This document shows, in pieces, positions 1 through 8,866 of a DNA stretch of 64,000 bases. The notes under the pieces are model-generated. The model did no database searches. It had not been told where the DNA came from and was given only the letters and a program-made list of their open reading frames with translations. This DNA is from Verrucomicrobiota bacterium. Its GTDB lineage: Bacteria; Verrucomicrobiota; Verrucomicrobiia; Chthoniobacterales; UBA10450. The stretch's first letter is position 1. Every line of letters begins with the position of its first letter. The position numbers were made by a program, and so were the translations under genes. The stretch is taken from positions 2,265 through 66,264 of the forward strand of contig JAFASN010000112.1 of assembly GCA_019244415.1 (NCBI GenBank). Direction: 5' to 3'.

Positions 1-918
1 CAAACCTTCCACCTGCGCCTGCGTGGGTGTGCAGTACGCGTTCGTGATCCAGATGCGGCTCGTCGCTGCGGCAAACGCCACGGCCTCGACGAACGGAATC
101 GGCGCCATCGAGAACGAATGCGACGCCACCACTTGCGCTTTGAGATCTCCCGCCGGTGCCAATGCCGGAAATTGGTCCGCGCCGCTCAGGCCTTCCCCCG
201 CGGTTTTCGCCCAATGTTCCTGAAACGACGCCTGCAATTTCTCGACCAGCGGCCCGCGAACGCGCAGCTGCACATCCCGCCAATGATCCTTGTCCTGCGC
301 GCGGCCGCTCCATTGTTTCGCGAAACCGATCGCGCCGGTGAAGCCGATGCGGCCATCGATCACACAAACGCGCCGGTGGGTTCGGCGGTTCGAGCGATCC
401 ACACGCCAGGAATGCGTGGGATGATAGTAGGCGAATTTGCAGCCGGCATTCTTCATCATGCGCACATCGGAATTGTCGAGGCTCCAGCTTGAGCCAATGC
501 CATCGAGCAGCACTCGTACTTGAACGCCGGCCCGCGCACGTTCGCAAAGGGCATTGCGAAACATGTGCCCGATTTGATCCGAGTAGAAAATGTAGGCTTC
601 GAAATTGATGGTCTTCTTCGCTTCCCGAATGGCCTGGAGCATCGCCGGAAAATAGCTGTCGCCATTCTGCAATAGCTCGATCGCATTTCCCGCGATCGGC
701 ACCGGATCAGCCAGCGACAGGGCCGAGCCGAAGAACTCCGGATCGGCCACTGCGAAGCTGTGTTCGATGTGGTAGTCGAGCGTATGCCGCCGAATGAAAA
801 AGATGCAGATCAGCGCGATGACGCCGAGGAGGGCGAGCGTGGCGCCGATCCATTGGCGAACTTCAAGCCGCCAGAATTTGACGTTAAGCCAGTGCTCTTT
901 TTTTCGCCTGCGCGCCAT
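1..918 (-). CDS. cardiolipin synthase-like phospholipase D family protein (3' end runs off the left edge)
   Basis: Absent from the ORF track because no stop lies in the window. Reverse-strand reading from ATG 918-916 gives MARRRKKEHWLNVKFW.., a TM helix, then NGDSYFPAMLQAIREAKKTINFEAYIF and RSNRRTHRRVCVIDGRIGFTG (first HKD-type motif). The frame is open to base 1. Confidence 0.8.
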   Translation of the reverse strand, partial: MARRRKKEHWLNVKFWRLEVRQWIGATLALLGVIALICIFFIRRHTLDYHIEHSFAVADPEFFGSALSLADPVPIAGNAIELLQNGDSYFPAMLQAIREAKKTINFEAYIFYSDQIGHMFRNALCERARAGVQVRVLLDGIGSSWSLDNSDVRMMKNAGCKFAYYHPTHSWRVDRSNRRTHRRVCVIDGRIGFTGAIGFAKQWSGRAQDKDHWRDVQLRVRGPLVEKLQASFQEHWAKTAGEGLSGADQFPALAPAGDLKAQVVASHSFSMAPIPFVEAVAFAAATSRIWITNAYCTPTQAQVEGL

Positions 919-938
919 TGCGATGAGTGAGGATCAAC

Positions 939-1196
939 TCACAAGCGCCAAATCATTGTCACGAGTAAATCCACCAGCAGAATCCAGACGAGGATGACCT
1001 GCCATAGCCGCAGGTTGCGCGCGCCGTAATTGTCTGCCGCGACATTTGGATCGCGTGAGAAAAACTTCTGCCGGTTCCGAAACATGTACAGCCCGCCGAA
1101 GGTCACCACGATGAGACAAGCGCTGAAGAAGATGCGCAGCGGCAGGACAGACTCGGCGTGTGAATGGACGACACCGAGGACATTCATCGATAACAT
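939..1196 (-). CDS. small hypothetical membrane protein (85 aa)
   Basis: Internal Met of the 939..1460 ORF. MLSMNVLGVVHSHAESVLPLRIFFSACLIVVTFGGLYMF...LWQVILVWILLVDLLVTMIWRL shows two hydrophobic helices. The longer upstream part overlaps the next gene. Confidence 0.4.
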   Translation of the reverse strand: MLSMNVLGVVHSHAESVLPLRIFFSACLIVVTFGGLYMFRNRQKFFSRDPNVAADNYGARNLRLWQVILVWILLVDLLVTMIWRL

Positions 1197-1255
1197 TTCG
1201 CTCGCGGCGCGCCTTGACCGCGCGCATTGCCGCCGAATCGCTGCGGCCCGAACAG

Positions 1256-2422
1256 CTACGCAATCACAGGTGAGAGCGCGCGTAATTTGCGCACCACGCG
1301 CGGCACAACATCGAGCGCGCGCTCCAGGTCCGCTTCGGTGTTGAATCGGCCAAAGGAAAAACGAAGACTGGCGCGCGCCTCGTTGTTCACCAGGCCCATC
1401 GCGGTGAGTACATGCGAGGGTTTCAGCGATCCGGTGCGACAGGCCGATCCCGCCGAGCAACAGACGTTTTCCTGGTCGAGCATGAGCAGCGCCGCTTCCG
1501 ATTCGATGCCACCGAATATAACGCTCGAGGTGTTCGGCAGGCGCGAAGCATCCGCACCATTGATCTGCACGTCGCTTAGCTGCTCCAACAGCGATTTTTC
1601 AAAACGATCGCGGAAACTCCGTACTCGCGTCGATTCCTCGCGTACTTTCGCCAGCGCGATCTCCGCGGCTTTGCCCAAAGCGACGATTGATGGCGCGTTT
1701 TCCGTTCCCGCGCGGCGGTTGTTCTCGTGGCTGCCACCTAAAACGAACGGGCGGAAACGCGCCCGCCGGTTGACATAGAGCGCGCCGACACCCTTCGGCG
1801 CATGGAGTTTGTGGCCGGATATCGAAAGGAACTGCATTGGTACTTCGCGCAAGTTGATCGGGATCTTGCCCGCCGCCTGGATGGCGTCAGTGTGCAGCGG
1901 CACACCTCTCTCCTGCGCGATTGCTGCGATCTCCTGCATCGGAAAAATCACGCCGGTTTCATTGTTCGCCCACATGATGGAGATGAGCGCCGTGTCGGGC
2001 CGGATCGCATCGACGAGCGCGCGCGCGCTCAGACGTCCAGAGCGATCCACCGCCAGAAAGGTCACGTCGTAACCGCGTTCCTGAAGACGTTGCGCGGGAT
2101 TGCGCACCGCGCTGTGCTCCACGGCGGTGGTGATGATGTGCTTGCATTCCGGCTGCGTTTCCAAGGCTGAATGGATCGCGGTGTTATTCGATTCCGTGCC
2201 GCCGCTGGTGAAAACGATTTCGCCCGGCTCGCAGCCGAGCAGCGCCGCAACCTGCTCGCGCGCCTGCTCGATCGCGTCCCGCACATGCGCCGCGAAACGG
2301 TAACCGCTCGAGGGATTGGCGTAATATTTTTCCTGGAACGGGCGCATCGCTTCTAGTACTTCCGGATCGATCGCAGTCGTCGCGTTATTATCCAGATAAG
2401 TGATCTGTTCCGGCGCAATCAT
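1256..2422 (-). CDS. cysteine desulfurase (NifS/IscS family, PLP-dependent)
   Basis: YLDNNATTAIDPEVLEAM, FTSGGTESNNTAI, SISGHKLHAPKGVGALYV (PLP-Lys motif) and C-terminal SAGSACRTG active-site Cys loop. Confidence 0.9.
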   Translation of the reverse strand: MIAPEQITYLDNNATTAIDPEVLEAMRPFQEKYYANPSSGYRFAAHVRDAIEQAREQVAALLGCEPGEIVFTSGGTESNNTAIHSALETQPECKHIITTAVEHSAVRNPAQRLQERGYDVTFLAVDRSGRLSARALVDAIRPDTALISIMWANNETGVIFPMQEIAAIAQERGVPLHTDAIQAAGKIPINLREVPMQFLSISGHKLHAPKGVGALYVNRRARFRPFVLGGSHENNRRAGTENAPSIVALGKAAEIALAKVREESTRVRSFRDRFEKSLLEQLSDVQINGADASRLPNTSSVIFGGIESEAALLMLDQENVCCSAGSACRTGSLKPSHVLTAMGLVNNEARASLRFSFGRFNTEADLERALDVVPRVVRKLRALSPVIA

Positions 2423-2479
2423 GCGACGTTCAGTGTGCCATTTTCGCCGCGGAGAAAAAAGAAAGATTGCAGGCGGCCA

Positions 2480-2821
2480 TCATTCCGCCGGCCGCGGTTC
2501 GTTACCCGGATGCCTGGGATGATGATGCGTGTAACGGAAGTACAGATTGCGCAGGTAAACCGGCAGCGGAAAAATCGCGCTAAGTACGCCCACGGAATCA
2601 TGCCGGTAGGCGCCGAAGTAGATCAGCAGCAGGATCGAGCCGAGAGCGCTGCATTCCCAAAAGCCGACCGGAATAATGCTGCGACGGGCGCGCTCTGAGG
2701 CAATCCATTGGATAATGAAACGCGCGCCGAAAACGACGTTGCCGGTCCAGCCAAGGATTTTCCAGCCGTTCACGGTGACGCCGAACGCGTTCATGTCGGC
2801 GAGATATTGAAAGCTCTGCAT
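2480..2821 (-). CDS. lipid-A-disaccharide synthase N-terminal domain-containing membrane protein
   Basis: GWTGNVVFGARFIIQWIASERARRSIIPVGFW matches the small LAB_N-type membrane domain as I remember it. Confidence 0.7.
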   Translation of the reverse strand: MQSFQYLADMNAFGVTVNGWKILGWTGNVVFGARFIIQWIASERARRSIIPVGFWECSALGSILLLIYFGAYRHDSVGVLSAIFPLPVYLRNLYFRYTHHHPRHPGNEPRPAE

Positions 2822-2897
2822 GGCGCGAAGGTTCGCGGAGAAGACACGCAGCGGCGAGCCTTTTCCGGAGTACGAGACAAGAACGTTTTATCTAATT

Positions 2898-3058
2898 AGG
2901 AAATCAGGAACCCAGGAAGGCGGGTGCTCGAAACGAGCAATCATCGACCGAACACATCAGGGATTCGCGGGGTTTCCTGTTTTCCTGATTCACATTCCGG
3001 CTCCTGTTTCGCCTTTCTGGTTTTCTGGCTTTCAAATTCCGAATTTCCGCGTTCCTGT
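2898..3058. repeat. GGAAATCAGGAA / TTCCTG-type imperfect inverted and direct repeat cluster in the divergent intergenic region
   Basis: AGGAAATCAGGAACCCAGGAAGG (2898-2920) faces TTTCCTGTTTTCCTGATT (2973-2990). More TTCCTG/TTTCTGG units follow up to 3058. Confidence 0.5.
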
Positions 3059-3076
3059 TAAACCATAAACTCCGCC

Positions 3077-4186
3077 GTGCATTCGTTCTGGGATATCGCT
3101 AATCCGCACCTGCGCGAACTGGCGGTGTACCAGCCGGGAAAACCGATCGAGGAAACGGCGCGCGAGCTTGGCTGTGATCCTCGCGAGATCATCAAGCTCG
3201 CTTCTAACGAGAACCCGCTCGGACCGTCGCCGCGCGCACTCGAGGCCGTGCAAAGTACGATCCGGAACGCTCATCTGTATCCAGATGGCGGCGCGTTCTA
3301 TCTACGCAACGCGCTTGCCGAAAAGCTGAACATTGCGCCTGAGAACATCATCGTCGGCAATGGCTCGAACGAGATCATCGAGTTTCTCGCGCACGCTTTT
3401 TTGAAACCCGGGGACGCCATTGTCACTTCCGAGCACGCGTTTATTGCTTACAAAATCATCGCGCGCGTACTCGGGGCGCAGACGATCGAAGTGCCCAGCC
3501 GCAACTACGGCCACGATCTCGACGCCATGCTCGCTGCGATTAACGATCGCACCGAGCTGATTTTCATCGCTAATCCCAACAATCCCACCGGCACGCTGCT
3601 CTCGGCCGAAGAAATCGACCGCTTCATCCAGCGCGTTCCGCCGCAGCTCATCGTCGTGCTCGACGAAGCGTACTACGAATTCCTCGACGACCCGCCCGAC
3701 ACGCTGCGCTACGTGCGCGAAGGACGAAACGTTCTCGTCCTGCGCACGTTTTCAAAAATCCACGGGCTCGCCGGGTTGCGCATCGGGTACGGCATCGCCC
3801 GCCCGGAGCTGATCGAAGTACTGCAAAAAACGCGCGAACCATTCAACGTAAACAGCATCGGGCAGGTGGCCGCGCTCGCGGCGTTGCAGGATGAGGAACA
3901 TCTGCGCGAAACAAAACGCGTCGTCGACGAAGGTCGCGGGTACTTTGAAGGCGAGCTGGAAAAACTCGGGCTCGAGTTCATCCCGAGCGTCGGCAACTTC
4001 ATTCTGGTCAATGTGGGCGACGGTCTCACGGTATTTCGCGCCATGCTCCAGCGCGAAATCATTGTGCGCGCGATGAAGGGCTACAACCTGGCGCAATGGG
4101 TGCGCATCACCATCGGCACGCCGGAGCAAAACGCAAAGTGTGTCGCGGCCTTGCGCGAAGCGGTCGAGCAAATACGAACGGTGTGA
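3077..4186 (+). CDS. hisC: histidinol-phosphate aminotransferase
   Basis: KLASNENPLGPSP, IANPNNPTG and RTFSKIHGLAGLRIGY (PLP-Lys) motifs. Length 369 aa. Confidence 0.9.
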   Translation: MHSFWDIANPHLRELAVYQPGKPIEETARELGCDPREIIKLASNENPLGPSPRALEAVQSTIRNAHLYPDGGAFYLRNALAEKLNIAPENIIVGNGSNEIIEFLAHAFLKPGDAIVTSEHAFIAYKIIARVLGAQTIEVPSRNYGHDLDAMLAAINDRTELIFIANPNNPTGTLLSAEEIDRFIQRVPPQLIVVLDEAYYEFLDDPPDTLRYVREGRNVLVLRTFSKIHGLAGLRIGYGIARPELIEVLQKTREPFNVNSIGQVAALAALQDEEHLRETKRVVDEGRGYFEGELEKLGLEFIPSVGNFILVNVGDGLTVFRAMLQREIIVRAMKGYNLAQWVRITIGTPEQNAKCVAALREAVEQIRTV

Positions 4187-4213
4187 CTTGACGCTGCCGC
4201 TGCGTCACTGAGC

Positions 4214-5965
4214 TTGAACCGGGTGAAAACGGTCTGGCGTGTCTTTGCTTACCTTAAGCGTTATCCGTGGCTTGCCTGCGGCACGCTGGCCTGCGCCGTC
4301 GTCAGCACCCTCATGGTCATTGTTTTTCCCGCGGTCACGAAAGGCATTCTCGGCGATGTGATCGAGCGGCATCATCCCGAGCATTTGCTCCCGCTGCTGG
4401 TTCTCGGCGGCGCAGCCATTTTTCTGCAAAACGGCCTCAATGCGCTGCGTCTTTTGCTCAACAACACGTTCGAGCAAAAAGTGATCTTCGATCTGCGCAG
4501 CGACCTGTACTCACATATTCAAACCCTGCCGCTGCGCTGGTTCGATCATCGCGCCACGGGCGATTTGATGACACGTATTCTCGAAGACGTGAGCTCGGTC
4601 GAGCGCGTACTTATTGATGGCATCGAGCAGGGCACGGTGGCGATTTTGCAGGTACTCATCGTCATCGGCGGAATGTTTTACCTCAGTCCGAAGCTGGCGC
4701 TTGCCGCGCTCGCCCCGGTGCCGCTGATGGCTGGCGGCGCGCTCTGGTACACGCTCACGGCACATCGGCGCTACCGGCTGCAACGGCGCGCGGCCTCGGC
4801 CATGAATTCACTCTTGCACGATAACCTTTCCGGCATTCGCCAGATCAAAAGTTTCGTGCGCGAGCGCGAGGAGCATGCGCGCTTCAACCGCGCCAGCAAC
4901 GATCTGCGACATGCCACGCTGGTGGTGATGAAAGTGTGGGCAATGTACAGCCCGTCCATGTACTTATTCGGGTCGCTTGGCCTGCTCCTGGCAGCGGCCG
5001 TCGGCGCCAGCGGCATTCTTAACGGAACGCTCCAGCTCGGAGACACCGCCGCTTTTCTTGTGCTCTCCGGATTCCTTTACGAACCGGTGGGCAAACTGCA
5101 TTCGCTTAACCAACTCGTGCAAGCCGGGCGTGCAGCCGGGGAGCGCGTGTTCGAAATTCTTGATTCGCCGGGCGAACCGGACGGCGGCCGTACTTTTTCA
5201 GCGCGTGTGCGCGGCGAGATCGAGTTTCGCCACGTGAGCTTCAGCTACGGGGACGAGTTGCCGGCGCTGACCGATGTGTCTTTCCATGTGCGGCCGGGCG
5301 AAACCATCGCCCTCGTAGGAAAAACCGGAGCGGGAAAATCGACCTTGATCAATCTGCTGACGCGTTTCTACGAGCTGAATCGCGGCGAAATTTTGATCGA
5401 TGGCGAACCAATTCGCGACATGAGCATCCCGGCTTTGCGCGAGCAAATCGGGATGGTAACGCAGGAAAGTTTTCTCTTTAACGGCACCATCCGCGAAAAC
5501 CTGCTGATGGGAAAACCAAATGCGAGCGACGCAGCGCTGCTCGAAGCAGCCGAAGCGGCGAACGCGCGCGATTTCATCGATCGGCTACCGAAAGGTTTGA
5601 GCAGCGTGGTGGGCGAACGCGGAGTTAAGCTAAGCGTGGGCGAAAAGCAGCGGCTCTCGATTGCGCGCGCGCTTTTGAAGGATCCGCCCATTCTCGTACT
5701 TGATGAGGCGACCGCCAGCGTCGATACCGCGACGGAGCGGCTGATCCAGGAAGCGCTCGAGAATCTAATGTTCGACCGCACCTCGATCGTGATTGCGCAC
5801 CGGCTTTCGACCATTGTGCATGCCGATCAGATTCTGGTGCTTGATCATGGCCGAATCATCGAGCGCGGTACGCACGAGCAACTGCTTGCGCTCGGTGGAA
5901 AGTACGCGCGCCTTTGTGAGCAAAGCCTGCTGGAAACGCCGGACGCAGAAGCGGCGGTTTTGTAG
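4214..5965 (+). CDS. ABC transporter, fused permease/ATPase (MsbA-like exporter)
   Basis: N-terminal six-helix TMD, Walker A GKTGAGKST, signature LSVGEKQR, Walker B ILVLDEATAS. Confidence 0.9.
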   Translation: MNRVKTVWRVFAYLKRYPWLACGTLACAVVSTLMVIVFPAVTKGILGDVIERHHPEHLLPLLVLGGAAIFLQNGLNALRLLLNNTFEQKVIFDLRSDLYSHIQTLPLRWFDHRATGDLMTRILEDVSSVERVLIDGIEQGTVAILQVLIVIGGMFYLSPKLALAALAPVPLMAGGALWYTLTAHRRYRLQRRAASAMNSLLHDNLSGIRQIKSFVREREEHARFNRASNDLRHATLVVMKVWAMYSPSMYLFGSLGLLLAAAVGASGILNGTLQLGDTAAFLVLSGFLYEPVGKLHSLNQLVQAGRAAGERVFEILDSPGEPDGGRTFSARVRGEIEFRHVSFSYGDELPALTDVSFHVRPGETIALVGKTGAGKSTLINLLTRFYELNRGEILIDGEPIRDMSIPALREQIGMVTQESFLFNGTIRENLLMGKPNASDAALLEAAEAANARDFIDRLPKGLSSVVGERGVKLSVGEKQRLSIARALLKDPPILVLDEATASVDTATERLIQEALENLMFDRTSIVIAHRLSTIVHADQILVLDHGRIIERGTHEQLLALGGKYARLCEQSLLETPDAEAAVL

Positions 5966-6021
5966 GCGCGTCCGTGCCGCAAGCGCGATGCACGTGCGCC
6001 GAACGTGGCCCAAGGCGACAA

Positions 6022-6558
6022 CTAAATGGTTTCGGAGGGCGAAACGGCGAGCAACTCCTCGTACCGCTCTTCCAGTTCGCGGTAGCGCGCTTCCGCGTCT
6101 CGCAGGGCGCGGCGTTCTTCGCGCAAACTGCGCTCGAGATCGCGGATGCGTTCCTCAAAATTAATGGCCATGCGCGTGGCGGCCGGCGTCTCGCCAGATT
6201 CTTCATCGTGGTTGGTCTTCGCTGACGAGAAAAACGACTCGATCTCCGCAATGCGCTGGCGCGAGCCGTTGCACGCGTTAATGACGAAGTGCTCGGGCGT
6301 AATTTCGCCGGCCTGCACAAACTCGTGGATCGCGCCCAGCGTGGTCGGTCCGTAATAGCGCTCAGTCGTTACCTCGACCAGCCAATCCATGCCCAGCTCA
6401 GCCAGCATGGGCGCTTTCATCCACGTTTCCTGGTCCGGTGAGACGAGGTCCTGTGGCGCAATGCGCGCCGTTGCCGCCCATTGCACAAGCTGCGCGAACG
6501 GCAGCGGACCGAAGAGTGTTCTGTCCTCGTGTTTACAAAGATACCAGCTCGCGTCCAT
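6022..6558 (-). CDS. GYF_2-like domain protein with C-terminal coiled coil
   Basis: WYLCKHEDRTLFGPLPFAQLVQWAATARIAPQDLV and a second YYGPTTLGAIHEFVQAGEITPEHFV repeat, then a charged ELEERYEELL tail. Immediately downstream of the LysM gene on the same strand. Confidence 0.5.
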   Translation of the reverse strand: MDASWYLCKHEDRTLFGPLPFAQLVQWAATARIAPQDLVSPDQETWMKAPMLAELGMDWLVEVTTERYYGPTTLGAIHEFVQAGEITPEHFVINACNGSRQRIAEIESFFSSAKTNHDEESGETPAATRMAINFEERIRDLERSLREERRALRDAEARYRELEERYEELLAVSPSETI

Positions 6559-6560
6559 CG

Positions 6561-7019
6561 CTACTCCGCGGGCGAAGGCGACGGCGAAGTACTCGGGGAG
6601 GCGGACGGCGCCGGCGGCGGAATCATGACAGTCTGGCCAGCTTGTAATTTCCGGCCGTCCTCGATGTGGTTAAACTTTTGCAGTTCTTCCACGCCGACCT
6701 TGTACTGCTTCGCGATGGAAGTGAGTGTTTCGCCGCGAGCGACGACGTGAGTGTTCCCGCCGGGGTGCGCAGGTTCAGCGCTCGCCACCGGCATCGCGCT
6801 CGGCGCAGGCGTCGCTTCGCCGACCATGACGCCTGGTTTTGTCATTTGTTGCTCGATTTTCAGGAGCTGTTGCGAAAGCGCGTCAAGCTTGCCGTTAATC
6901 TCATCGATCTTCGTCGTGAGCGCGTCCATCTGCGATGGCGCGGGCGAATTCTCCGGCGCCTGGGCAAACGTCGTTGCGGCGCAAAGAATCGCCGCGAGCA
7001 GGGCCGGAAGGAATTTCAT
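6561..7019 (-). CDS. secreted LysM peptidoglycan-binding protein
   Basis: Signal peptide MKFLPALLAAILCAATTFAQA, coiled segment, and C-terminal LysM HVVARGETLTSIAKQYKVGVEELQKFNHIEDGRKLQAGQTVMIP. Start moved to the Met before the signal peptide. Confidence 0.8.
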   Translation of the reverse strand: MKFLPALLAAILCAATTFAQAPENSPAPSQMDALTTKIDEINGKLDALSQQLLKIEQQMTKPGVMVGEATPAPSAMPVASAEPAHPGGNTHVVARGETLTSIAKQYKVGVEELQKFNHIEDGRKLQAGQTVMIPPPAPSASPSTSPSPSPAE

Positions 7020-7116
7020 CGCGGCAATCTTGGCACCGCCCGCACGGGCTGGCAAGACATCGCGCAGAGCGCTCGCTCCTTGCGCGAAGCGACATTCGCG
7101 TTACACTTTTTTGCTG

Positions 7117-7293
7117 ATGCCGGAGCGCATTCAAAAGCCGGTGGAACCGGCGCCGTGGGGGCCGAAACAGGGAGACGGCGATGGGCCGCGCTCGCCTGAT
7201 ATTTCGCGGCCTGACACGAAGGACTTGCTGGAAAAGATGCGCAAAGTCGATCCGAACCAATCGAAACGTTACCGGCAGCGAACTGGGCAATAA
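7117..7293 (+). CDS. UBact / Pup-like prokaryotic ubiquitin-like modifier (58 aa, C-terminal Gln)
   Basis: MPERIQKPVEPAPWGPKQGDGDGPRSPDISRPDTKDLLEKMRKVDPNQSKRYRQRTGQ. Low-complexity N-half, then a conserved DLL.KMRKVDPNQ.KRYRQRTG[QE] end as I recall for UBact. Its stop overlaps the proteasome beta start (TAATG). Confidence 0.75.
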   Translation: MPERIQKPVEPAPWGPKQGDGDGPRSPDISRPDTKDLLEKMRKVDPNQSKRYRQRTGQ

Positions 7294-8111
7294 TGGAGCC
7301 TGCCGGTGTGCAGCCGCTCGAATCGGGCGTGAGCGGCGCAACTGATTTCCCTTCGCTGCTCCGGCGCAACGGTCTGCTCCGAGCGCCCATTGAAACAAAC
7401 GTCACGAAAGTACGGGACGCCGCGATATTGCCGACGCAGGCGACAACAATTCTCGCCTTCAAATTCGCCGACGGCGTACTTGTTGCCGGAGATCGTCGCG
7501 CCACCGCCGGCAACACCGTGGTTTACGATCGCGCGGACAAGGTGCTCGAGATCGACGAGCATTCGATCATGGCCATTGCTGGTGTGCCGGCGACTGCGTG
7601 GGAGATGGCGCGCGTACTCGAGCATTCGTTTCAATTTTTTCGCCGCACGCAGCTCCAGGAAATGAGTGTGGACGGCAAAGTACGAGCCCTTTCGAAACTA
7701 TTGCGGGACAATCTCGGTTTCGTCATGCAGGGAGTCGGTGTCGTCGTGCCGATCTTCGCCACGTTCGACGCCAAAGCATCCCCCTCAGCGCGGCTTTATT
7801 TCTACGACGCCATGGGCGCGCAATTCGAGGCGGCTGATTTCGCCGCCACTGGCTCCGGCTCGCCGGCCGTGCGCGGAATTCTTTACTACGAAAATACCTG
7901 GGGCAAAAAGCCGCTCCACAAAATCGGCGAAGACGAGGCGGTCGTAGTGGCATTGCGCGCGCTCGACACCGCCTCCGAAGCTGACACCGCGACGGGCGGA
8001 ATCGACCGGCACGCGCGCATTTTTCCGATGATGAAGACGGTTTCCGCTGACGGGATCAAGACGCTGCCAGAAGAACGGATCGCGGAACTTTTCCACAAGC
8101 GCGTCGCATGA
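7293..8111 (+). CDS. prcB: 20S proteasome beta subunit (Ntn hydrolase with propeptide)
   Basis: Propeptide followed by TTILAFKFADGVLVAGDRRATAGN (Thr1 nucleophile context, compare actinobacterial PrcB TTIVAL..GDRR). ATGA overlap with the next gene. Confidence 0.85.
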   Translation: MEPAGVQPLESGVSGATDFPSLLRRNGLLRAPIETNVTKVRDAAILPTQATTILAFKFADGVLVAGDRRATAGNTVVYDRADKVLEIDEHSIMAIAGVPATAWEMARVLEHSFQFFRRTQLQEMSVDGKVRALSKLLRDNLGFVMQGVGVVVPIFATFDAKASPSARLYFYDAMGAQFEAADFAATGSGSPAVRGILYYENTWGKKPLHKIGEDEAVVVALRALDTASEADTATGGIDRHARIFPMMKTVSADGIKTLPEERIAELFHKRVA

Positions 8112-8866
8112 TCGAAGAGCCGTATCGCTGGGTGGAAGCGATCGCCACGCGGCGCGATTACGTCGAGACGCAGCTTTCCTCGGGCAGTCCCATCATCGCG
8201 CTAACTTTTGCTGATGGCATTCTGTTGTTCACGGTGGGTCAGCAAAAGCTTTTCGAGATTTACGATCGCATTGCCCTCGGCGCGATCGGTCACCCCGGCG
8301 ACATCGAGCGGCTGCGCATGGCCGCGATCGAACTGGCGAGTACGGAAGGATTCGCGCGCTCGGCCGCGGATGTCTCGCTGCGGCGGCTGGCGTACTATTC
8401 GCTCAGTCCAGTAATGAAAAATGCGTTCGAGCAAATCTACGGCGCGCCCTTTCTGGCGCGGTTGTTGTTCGCCGAAATCGGAGCGACGCCGGCGGAGGAT
8501 TTATTTTTGCGAGTGGAGTACGACGGCGCAATCAGCCAGAAGAAAAGCGGTAACAAAAGATTCGCGGTACTCGCGCCGACAAAAAAATCCGCTGAGCAGA
8601 TGGAGCAATTTCTCGAGCGCGAAGATCACGGTGACGAAGACATGACCGCCGCACTCGAGCTTGCCTTTGACGCGTGGGCGGCCGGCCAAAAACAAGCTGA
8701 GGAAGGCGCTGTTTTGCCCGGTCGGGAGGAGATTCGCGCCTGCCGCCGCGAGCGGCTGGGGGACGGCATCATGGAAGCCGTTGTGCTTGAGCGCCGGGCG
8801 CGCTCGCCTGTGCAATATCGCACCGTCGAACAAAAACAGCTCGCCGCATTAAGCGAGCAGGTGTGA
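8108..8866 (+). CDS. prcA: 20S proteasome alpha subunit
   Basis: SPIIALTFADGILLFTV, KLFEIYDRIALGAIGHPGD and LFLRVEYDGAI align by eye with actinobacterial PrcA (ELYDRVGFAAAG, LYRITYDGSI). Confidence 0.8.
   Translation: MIEEPYRWVEAIATRRDYVETQLSSGSPIIALTFADGILLFTVGQQKLFEIYDRIALGAIGHPGDIERLRMAAIELASTEGFARSAADVSLRRLAYYSLSPVMKNAFEQIYGAPFLARLLFAEIGATPAEDLFLRVEYDGAISQKKSGNKRFAVLAPTKKSAEQMEQFLEREDHGDEDMTAALELAFDAWAAGQKQAEEGAVLPGREEIRACRRERLGDGIMEAVVLERRARSPVQYRTVEQKQLAALSEQV

Noticed and set aside
6751-7116. Upstream two-thirds of the 180-aa ORF 6751..7293
   Set aside because: It is antisense to the well-supported LysM gene (6561..7019), with Ala/Gly/Ser-rich shadow composition. Only the last 58 codons, from ATG 7117, resemble a real protein (UBact-like).
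7293-8866. Alternative reading of the two Ntn-hydrolase genes as HslV or Anbu-type single-subunit proteases
   Set aside because: There are two distinct paralogs, one with a propeptide plus TTI nucleophile and one alpha-like without it. They sit directly after a Pup/UBact-like gene. No HslU, ATP-grasp or transglutaminase partner genes are adjacent.
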